Positions 57,244-64,000 of a DNA stretch of 64,000 nucleotides are shown one piece after another. Position numbers and translations under genes: made by a program. The notes beneath the pieces are model-generated. The model was given only the letters and a program-made list of their open reading frames with translations. It did not search any database and was not told where the DNA came from. How positions within the stretch are numbered: position 1 is the stretch's first letter; every line of letters starts with the position of its first letter. This DNA comes from an uncultured Poribacteria bacterium (GTDB lineage: Bacteria > Poribacteria > WGA-4E > WGA-3G): contig CATQHZ020000001.1 of the NCBI GenBank assembly GCA_958296135.2, positions 736,001-800,000 of the forward strand, written 5' to 3'.

Positions 57244-57849
57244 CTATAGACTCCCTTTCGTGGAAAGCACTCCCGTGATGCGTTCGTCAAGGCGCGTTGC
57301 GATATCCAACGCCTTCGCGACCGCCTTGAAAATCGCTTCAATGATGTGGTGCCGATTTGTGCCGTAGGGGACATTGATGTGCAAAGTTGTCCCGCTATGG
57401 TTGACAAATCCGTGAAAAAATTCCTCTGCGAGTTCGATGTCAAAATCGCCGACTTTTCCGTATTCAAGCGGCGTATCGTAGTGTAAGAAAGCGCGCCCAC
57501 ATACGTCCAGATCGACTTTGGCGAGTGCCTCATACATAGGCACCGTGAAACTGCCGAACCGCCGCATCCCCGATTTATCTCCGACTGCTTCGTGGAGTGC
57601 CATGCCCAAACAGATGCCGACATCCTCGGTTGTGTGGTGTGTATCGACGTGTAAATCGCCGGTTGCTTCAACCTCGAGGTCAAAAAATCCGTGTTTGGCG
57701 AAGAGTTCCAGCATGTGGTCCAGGAATCCCACGCCGGTGTTGATGTCAGATGTCCCTGTTCCGTCAAGCGTAAGGCGGAGTCGGATGCGCGTTTCCGCCG
57801 TTTCCCGCGCGATTTCTGCTTGTCGGAAAGTTTTCGTTATTTTATCCAT
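57244..57849 (-). CDS. hisB: Imidazoleglycerol-phosphate dehydratase
   Basis: RETAET, TGVGFLDHML, DTHHTTED, NRHHIIEAIFKA, STKGSL. Confidence 0.97.
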   Translation of the reverse strand: MDKITKTFRQAEIARETAETRIRLRLTLDGTGTSDINTGVGFLDHMLELFAKHGFFDLEVEATGDLHVDTHHTTEDVGICLGMALHEAVGDKSGMRRFGSFTVPMYEALAKVDLDVCGRAFLHYDTPLEYGKVGDFDIELAEEFFHGFVNHSGTTLHINVPYGTNRHHIIEAIFKAVAKALDIATRLDERITGVLSTKGSL

Positions 57850-58007
57850 AATACCAGATTAACCTTCGTAAGTCAAGTTTGAGCGATGAACGCCGCTAAG
57901 TGTCTGTCCTTCGCCAGGCTCTTCATTACCGTAGGGCGAGGGAAACCTGTCCCTCGCCGTGCATCGAGCTGCTCCGAAAAATCGGAACCTCGGCAATCGC
58001 CTAGGTA

Positions 58008-60581
58008 TCACGCCCACGCCACCAACCCGAGTTCATACGGCGATTGCAAATCCTCATGATACGGGAGGACACGCAGCGTGTAGCCGTGCAACCCGGTCTG
58101 TTGCAAGGCGAGCGTTCCCTCAAAAAGATAGGCTCCGCCGCCGATTCTGTCACGGTATTCCATCGTGCTGACGTTGCCGTTGCGAATTTCACCGGCCTCG
58201 TCAAGCACGCCGTGGTAAATTTGGACGTTCAGTTCGTGTGGCGACAGGGTGTCTGTGTGTACAACTGCCTCCACTTGCACGGATTCGCCCACGCCGAATT
58301 CTCCGTTTTGCCTTCCGCGTCCTGCTGTTGCCTGCACTGCCGCTCTTTCTTCAATTCGCAGTGCACGCCAGTGGTTCCGGATGTGGGATTTCCAATGTGC
58401 GAGCGCGACGCTGCGTTGCGCTGCGTCCTGATTGAGGTGCTGCCATCGTCGGTGCGCGGGAAAATAGAGCTGCTCCGCATATTCCGAGACCATCCGTTTT
58501 GTGTTGAAAACGGGGGCAAGGTGCTGCATTGCCTCCTTCATCCGTTTTACCCATTGGTAGGGGATGTCGTCAATGGGGTGCCGTTCATAAAAGAGTGGGA
58601 CAATCTCCTTCTCAAGCAGCTCATATATCGCGTTTGCGTGTGCCTTGTCAACGGAGCTCGGGTCTTCCGCGACGGGGCTCGGTTCGATTGTCCAGCCGCC
58701 GCCCAGATAATCGGCTTCCGCCCACCAACCATCGGCAATGCTGAGATTCAGGACACCGTTTGCGGCCGCTTTCATCCCACTCGTCCCGCTTGCTTCATTC
58801 GGCGGTAACGGGTTGTTGAGCCAGATGTCAACGCCTTCAACCAGATAACGGCCGACACAAATGTCGTAGTTCTCAATGAAGACGATTTTGTGGTGGAACC
58901 TTGGTTCGGCTGCGATGCGGGAGATGCGTTGGATGAGCAGTTTGCCTTCGTAGTCGTGCGGATGCGCCTTTCCTGCGAAGATAAGCTGCACGGGCCGCTC
59001 CGGATTGTTGAGGATTTTATCTAGCCTGTCGACATCTTGGAACAGCAGTGTTGCCCGTTTATACGTGGCGAATCGGCGGGCGAACCCGATAGTCAACGCC
59101 GCCGAGTTGAGGATTTTCTCGGCGGCGATAGAAAAGGAGGCTGCCGTTCTCGTCTGCCGCCGTCGTGCGAAGGCGATGAGGCGTTCGCGGCGGCGTTCGT
59201 GCGTCCGCCAGAGTTCCGTATCCGGAATCTGCGAGATTTGTGTCCAAACTGCTTGGTTCGTCAGGTCGACTATCCAGCGCGGGCCGAGGTATCTATCGAA
59301 CAGACTCTGCATATCGCCGGAGACCCAGGAGCGGGTGTGGATGCCGTTTGTAATCGCGCCGATCGGCACTTCATGCACGGGGAGTCCGGGCCAGAGCCCT
59401 TTCCACATCTCGCGCGCGACGTGTCCATGCAGTTGGCTCACGCCGTTGCACATTGCGGAGAGCCGCAGTGCGAGCAGCGCGGGACTAAAATCGCTGCTGG
59501 TATCAGATGGATCCGCCCTGCCTAAGCCGAGGAACGTTTCCTCTGAAACGCCGAGCGCGCCGTAATATCCACCGAAATAGTAGTTCACCAGATTTGGCGG
59601 AAACCAATCGATGCCGGCTGGTACCGGCGTATGCGTAGTGAAGATATTGCCGGCCCGAGTTGCTTCGCACGCATCCTGAAAATTGACGCCGGTTTCCTGC
59701 ATCAATTGCAGGATGCGTTCAATGGCGAGAAACGCCGCGTGTCCCTCATTCATGTGGCAGACGGTTGGACGAATGCCGAGCGCGGTGAGGGCCCGGTAGC
59801 CGCCGATGCCGAGCAGAATCTCCTGTTTGATGCGCATCCGTTCATCGCCGCCGTAGAGATAATCGGTGATGTTGCGCAGTTCATCGTTCTGGTTTTCGGC
59901 GATGTTGGTATCGAGCAGGTATAAGGGGACGCGCCCGACTTGGGCACGCCACACCTTCGCGTACGCCCTTCCCTCCGGATAGTCAACTTTGACTAACAGC
60001 GGGTTTCCATCTGCCCCGTGCGCGGGCTGGATAGGCATATTGTAGAAGTCATTCGTCGGGTAATCTGCCATTTGCCAGCCATCTGCGGTGAGCCGCTGTC
60101 GGAAATAGCCGTGCTGATAGAGCAACCCCACCGCGACGAAGGGTAGCCCTAAATAACTGGTTGATTTGAGATAGTCTCCTGCGAGAACCCCCAGGCCGCC
60201 GGAGTAGAGCCGCATGCACTCTGTCAGCCCATATTCCATTGAGAAGTAAGCGATTTTCAAATCGGTGAGCGACTCATCGGCGGCGGCGGTTTCAAACCAC
60301 GACGGTGTGGTGAGATACGCTTTAAATTTTTTGTGGATTACGTCGAGGCGCGCGAGGAATGCCTCGTTTTTGGCGGCAGCGTCTAGCTGCGCTTGGGACA
60401 TCTGTCCGAGCATCGCGACTGGATTGTGGTAGGTTTCCTCCCACAACGCCGCATCGAGGTGGCGAAAGAGCGTCAGTGCTTCCTGGTCCCATGTCCACCA
60501 CAGGTTTTCGGCGAGTTCGCGCAGCGGTTTGAGTTTCTGTGGTAACGCCGGCACCACGGTTAATTGGTGAAGTGGCTTCAT
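58008..60581 (-). CDS. glgP: Alpha-glucan (glycogen) phosphorylase
   Basis: AYFSMEYG, YSGGLGVLAGD, HMNEGH, FARRFATYKR, EASGTSGMK. Confidence 0.95.
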   Translation of the reverse strand: MKPLHQLTVVPALPQKLKPLRELAENLWWTWDQEALTLFRHLDAALWEETYHNPVAMLGQMSQAQLDAAAKNEAFLARLDVIHKKFKAYLTTPSWFETAAADESLTDLKIAYFSMEYGLTECMRLYSGGLGVLAGDYLKSTSYLGLPFVAVGLLYQHGYFRQRLTADGWQMADYPTNDFYNMPIQPAHGADGNPLLVKVDYPEGRAYAKVWRAQVGRVPLYLLDTNIAENQNDELRNITDYLYGGDERMRIKQEILLGIGGYRALTALGIRPTVCHMNEGHAAFLAIERILQLMQETGVNFQDACEATRAGNIFTTHTPVPAGIDWFPPNLVNYYFGGYYGALGVSEETFLGLGRADPSDTSSDFSPALLALRLSAMCNGVSQLHGHVAREMWKGLWPGLPVHEVPIGAITNGIHTRSWVSGDMQSLFDRYLGPRWIVDLTNQAVWTQISQIPDTELWRTHERRRERLIAFARRRQTRTAASFSIAAEKILNSAALTIGFARRFATYKRATLLFQDVDRLDKILNNPERPVQLIFAGKAHPHDYEGKLLIQRISRIAAEPRFHHKIVFIENYDICVGRYLVEGVDIWLNNPLPPNEASGTSGMKAAANGVLNLSIADGWWAEADYLGGGWTIEPSPVAEDPSSVDKAHANAIYELLEKEIVPLFYERHPIDDIPYQWVKRMKEAMQHLAPVFNTKRMVSEYAEQLYFPAHRRWQHLNQDAAQRSVALAHWKSHIRNHWRALRIEERAAVQATAGRGRQNGEFGVGESVQVEAVVHTDTLSPHELNVQIYHGVLDEAGEIRNGNVSTMEYRDRIGGGAYLFEGTLALQQTGLHGYTLRVLPYHEDLQSPYELGLVAWA

Positions 60582-60640
60582 TGAATGCGTTTCTCCTTCC
60601 TGCGCGCTTTGAAAGCGCGCCTACCAGGGTTAAAGCGCGC

Positions 60641-60865
60641 CTACCGAGCATTGTCGTCGGTTGCTGGTGTTCTAAGCGTGAGGTAGGTCCCGCGGTTCCG
60701 TTTCTCAAACGCTAAATTCTCCTCTCGTGCGAGCCATCCGATGCCCATCAGCGTCATCCGTTCCTTTCCATCAATGTCACGGATGAGTTTGCTGACAGTG
60801 ACTTCGCCATTTTCCTCTAAATAGTGCCAGATTTCGCCGGCGACTTTTCCAATATCGTCTTGCAT
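60641..60865 (-). CDS. Small winged-helix protein (DUF2582-like)
   Basis: IGKVAGEIWHYL...MGIGWLAREE; GGAGGAG RBS. Confidence 0.8.
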   Translation of the reverse strand: MQDDIGKVAGEIWHYLEENGEVTVSKLIRDIDGKERMTLMGIGWLAREENLAFEKRNRGTYLTLRTPATDDNAR

Positions 60866-61292
60866 TATTTCTCCTCCCTGGGCCCTGCGCCGAATAAACC
60901 CCGTGGGCGCGCAGGCTTGGGTGTGTTAGGATTTTTGTGTAAGTCCTGCTCGTAAACGGTTAGCGTTTCACAAAAAGGTTGTGCACCACGCGCGGGCGGA
61001 AACCATAGAAATCCGCCCATACAGTCATGTTAGGTGCGCGAAGAAGCATCGCGCAAGCCATTGTATATATTATAGTCTGATTTTGTGCGAATGTCAAGGA
61101 TAAAGGACCGGGCTCCATGACGATTTATTTTTCGGTTTTTGATGTTGCCTGTGAAAAGCCTCAACGGCCCCCGGCGAGCCCGAGCTACAGATATTGGGAC
61201 AACTAAATGTTTCTGGTGCCGTGCAGAAACGCGCTTGCTTTTTCAGTGAAAATCTGCTAAAATCAATGTGAATCCAAAACAGAGGTGCAAAA

Positions 61293-62030
61293 ATGCATTT
61301 CAGAGATTTCGGCATGCTATTCACGCTGTTAGCATTCTGCATAGGGGCCGCGCTGTCCGCACCGGCGGAACTGTTGTTCCACGACGATTTTGAAAAAGAT
61401 GCAATCGGGCAGGAGCCTGCAAAGTGGGAAGTCGGGCACGACGGCAGCACTACCGCGAAAGTCGTCGCAGACCCGAGAGATGCTAGTAACAAGGTGCTTT
61501 TGACTGCCGATAAGGCATCCAACCAATCGCGTCACGATGTCGGCGGCTCCATTTATGTCGTCGGCGAGGCGAATTGGGACGATTACGTCGCCGAGTGGGA
61601 CATGATGTTCCCCGATGACTTTTACATGGGCGTTGTCTTCCGCTTTCAGGATGGCGAGAAGTTCTACCTGAGCGACCGGCGGCAAGGCGGCAGAGATTAC
61701 CACTTCTATAAACGGCAAGGCGGTTGGGCGCAAGTCCAAGCGGGGATGGTGGAAAACGAGCCGGAGGTGTGGTATCGCGCGCAACTCACGCTGGCCGGCG
61801 ATGAATTCACTTTCAAACTAAAAGCGCGGAAGGACAAAACGCCGTTTGACAAGCTCGATCCGGCCACGGAAGGTTCGGACGCAACCTTCAAAACGGGCAA
61901 ATTCGGCAATTATGGCCTCGTCTATATTGATAACCTTTTCATCGGTGATGCGGTGGAAGACCTGGTTTTGCCGGTAGAAGCACGGGACAAGTTAAGCGTA
62001 ACATGGGGCGCGATGAAAGGGCGGTATTAG
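61293..62030 (+). CDS. Secreted ConA-like/DUF1080-like beta-sandwich protein
   Basis: Signal peptide, LFHDDFE, WDDYVAE, GVVFRFQD; C-terminal VEARDKLSVTWGAMK. Confidence 0.7.
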   Translation: MHFRDFGMLFTLLAFCIGAALSAPAELLFHDDFEKDAIGQEPAKWEVGHDGSTTAKVVADPRDASNKVLLTADKASNQSRHDVGGSIYVVGEANWDDYVAEWDMMFPDDFYMGVVFRFQDGEKFYLSDRRQGGRDYHFYKRQGGWAQVQAGMVENEPEVWYRAQLTLAGDEFTFKLKARKDKTPFDKLDPATEGSDATFKTGKFGNYGLVYIDNLFIGDAVEDLVLPVEARDKLSVTWGAMKGRY

Positions 62031-62077
62031 GGCGGATTTCCGTGTCCGCCCTTGCAATCTGAAGGAAACAGAAGATC

Positions 62078-63355
62078 ATGTCAACGGACATTGCACACGG
62101 TGGACAAAACACCGTAATCACAACCGAAGAAAAACGGAACCTGCTACACAAAGCTTTGCAGAAGCGGGGCGGCATCCCAAAAAGGATTTTAGTCGTTCCG
62201 CCGGATATGACGCGCCTTCACTCCAACGCTGGCGAGCTCACCCGAATTCTCTATGAGCTCTGGGATAGCGCAAACGGTGAGTGCTTTGACATTCTGCCTG
62301 CAATCGGCACGCACGCGCCGATGACCCCGGCGCAAATCGCCGAAATGTATGGAGAATTGCCCAAGGCAAGGTATCATGTCCATAATTGGCGGAGTGGACT
62401 GCATCACTTTGGAGAGGTGCCATCCGAATTTGTGCATCAGGTCTCGGGCGGGAAAGTGGACTATCCCATTCCGGTTTCTGTCAACCACCGGCTTGGAGAG
62501 GGATATTACGACCTGATTCTCTCTGTCGGACAGGTAATCCCGCACGAGGTTGTCGGCATTGCGAACGGGTTTAAGAACATCCTCATCGGCACAGGCGGGA
62601 TGGAGACGATTAACAAGTCGCATTTCTTGGGTGCCGTGGACGGTATGGAGCGGTTGATGGGACGCACCGATACCTCCGTGCGGAAGGTGCTCAACTACGC
62701 GCACGAGCACTACCTGAAGCAACTGGGCATTGTCTATGTGATGAGCGTCATGGGTGTTGATGTTGATGGCGCACGCGTGATGCGCGGGCTTTACGTCGGT
62801 GACGATACTGAAACCTTTGAACGCGCCGCTGAATTAAGCCGAACCGTGAACCTCACCTTTTTAGACGCGCCGTTAACGAAAGCAGTCGTCTATTTAGACC
62901 CGAGGGAGTTTAAAAGCACGTGGTTAGGTAACAAAGCTATCTACCGTACACGGATGGCGATGGCGGATAACGGCACGCTGATTATCATCGCCCCGGGCCT
63001 CCGCGAATTCGGTGAAGATGCCGAGATCGACCGGCTCATCCGCAAGTACGGCTACCGCGGCACGAAGACAACCCTCAATGCCGTCGCAGAAAACGCTGAG
63101 TTGCAGGAGAATCTCTCCGCCGCCGCGCATCTCATCCACGGCAGCACCGAGGGGCGTTTCAAGGTTATCTATGCCACTGGATGTCTCACCCAAACCGAAA
63201 TCGAATCGGTAGGCTATGAGTGGGCACCCGTTGACGAAGTCCTTGCGAAATATAACCCTGAAACGCTTGTTGATGGATTTCACGATGACGGTTTTTTCTA
63301 TATTAGCGAGCCGGGGCAAGGGCTGTGGGCGTTGCGTTCGCGGTTCTCCCCGTAG
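62078..63355 (+). CDS. Lactate racemase (LarA/DUF2088) domain protein, putative sugar-acid epimerase
   Basis: PPDMTR, AIGTH, PHEVVGIANGFKN, KSTWLGNKAIYRTR. Confidence 0.82.
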   Translation: MSTDIAHGGQNTVITTEEKRNLLHKALQKRGGIPKRILVVPPDMTRLHSNAGELTRILYELWDSANGECFDILPAIGTHAPMTPAQIAEMYGELPKARYHVHNWRSGLHHFGEVPSEFVHQVSGGKVDYPIPVSVNHRLGEGYYDLILSVGQVIPHEVVGIANGFKNILIGTGGMETINKSHFLGAVDGMERLMGRTDTSVRKVLNYAHEHYLKQLGIVYVMSVMGVDVDGARVMRGLYVGDDTETFERAAELSRTVNLTFLDAPLTKAVVYLDPREFKSTWLGNKAIYRTRMAMADNGTLIIIAPGLREFGEDAEIDRLIRKYGYRGTKTTLNAVAENAELQENLSAAAHLIHGSTEGRFKVIYATGCLTQTEIESVGYEWAPVDEVLAKYNPETLVDGFHDDGFFYISEPGQGLWALRSRFSP

Positions 63356-63691
63356 GAGAGACTTTCCGGTCTTGACAAACGCCACCGGCCCTCGCGCTAC
63401 GGTGCTTCCGAAAAGAAATGCAAGATTGCAATGCAGTAAGTTCGCGAGGGACAGTGGACATCTCTGCAGCGGGACTGCAGAGATGACAAAGTTTCGGCGT
63501 AACGGCCCTCGCGCTACGGTGCCGGGGCGTTTTTTTGGTTAAGTGGAGAGACTGCGAGGGACAGTGGACATATCTGCAGCGAGGCTGCAGATATGACAAA
63601 GTTTCGGCGTAACGGCCCTCGCGCTACGGTGCCGGGGGCAGTTTTCGCTGCGCGCGAGAGTTAGCTGCCGCCCTAGGCCCTCGCGCTACGG
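63352..63691. repeat. REP cluster with two hairpin-cargo copies
   Basis: Cargo copies at about 63443-63521 and 63553-63629; half-REPs at 63387 and 63676. Confidence 0.88.
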
Positions 63692-63710
63692 GGCTGGGAT
63701 GATGCTGCCT

Positions 63711-64000
63711 TTAATTTTCCCTGAGCGCATTTGACACGATAACCAGATCTAACACATTCACCACGCCATCGCCGTTCACATCGGCGCGATTTTCCCCTGT
63801 CTGTCCGAAATTTGACGAGACTAACACCAAATCTAGAATGTTCACGGTTCCATCGCCGTTCGCATCCCCCGGCGGCGTATCCGTTGTTGTAGATTCTGTC
63901 GTAAATGCCAGATCAAACGTCTGCTCCTCAATAACCGGTACGTCCGTTTCTGCGAGTTCCTTCTCATAATTCCAGATCTCATTTCCCAGCGGTGTGAGGC
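63711..64000 (-). CDS. C-terminus of a dockerin type I-like domain protein (partial)
   Basis: Manual translation: ...[53 protein letters not shown]. Confidence 0.85.
   Translation of the reverse strand, partial: LTPLGNEIWNYEKELAETDVPVIEEQTFDLAFTTESTTTDTPPGDANGDGTVNILDLVLVSSNFGQTGENRADVNGDGVVNVLDLVIVSNALREN

Noticed and set aside
57156-57767. 200-aa N-terminal extension of GlgC (644-aa ORF)
   Set aside because: It overlaps hisB in another frame; GlgC homology and the RBS begin near 57155.

Overview
This is a gene-dense bacterial chromosomal segment. It is most consistent with Candidatus Poribacteria, inferred from LamG/NPCBM proteins with a C-terminal 'VEPxxKLxxTWGxLK' tail, dockerin plus FlgD-Ig/T9SS-like C-terminal-domain proteins, PhyH enzymes, a sulfatase and ASPIC/FG-GAP proteins. 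Housekeeping blocks are lpxL-lptC-lptA-lptB-rpoN-hpf-valS (partial), uvrB and glgP-hisB-glgC. Accessory content includes a Type IIG/ISP-like restriction-modification protein, an AAA-nuclease, a 14-repeat Kelch-like protein, an ABC-type ATPase plus PIN-like pair, an M16 peptidase pair, a patatin and many secreted proteins. No rRNA, tRNA, CRISPR array or transposase was recognised. The most striking non-gene signal is a modular GTAG/GTAA REP palindrome system. One REP family repeatedly carries a conserved, covarying hairpin cargo at one loop position; in one copy this is amplified into a 5 x 45-bp array. Several REPs sit in-frame inside proteins or supply stop codons. Other leads are a promoter-driven, ~580-nt structured leader with a polyproline uORF ahead of the patatin, a shared C-terminal sorting-like motif on five secreted proteins, and probable leaderless mRNAs. 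All family assignments come from motif recognition by eye, not from database searches.
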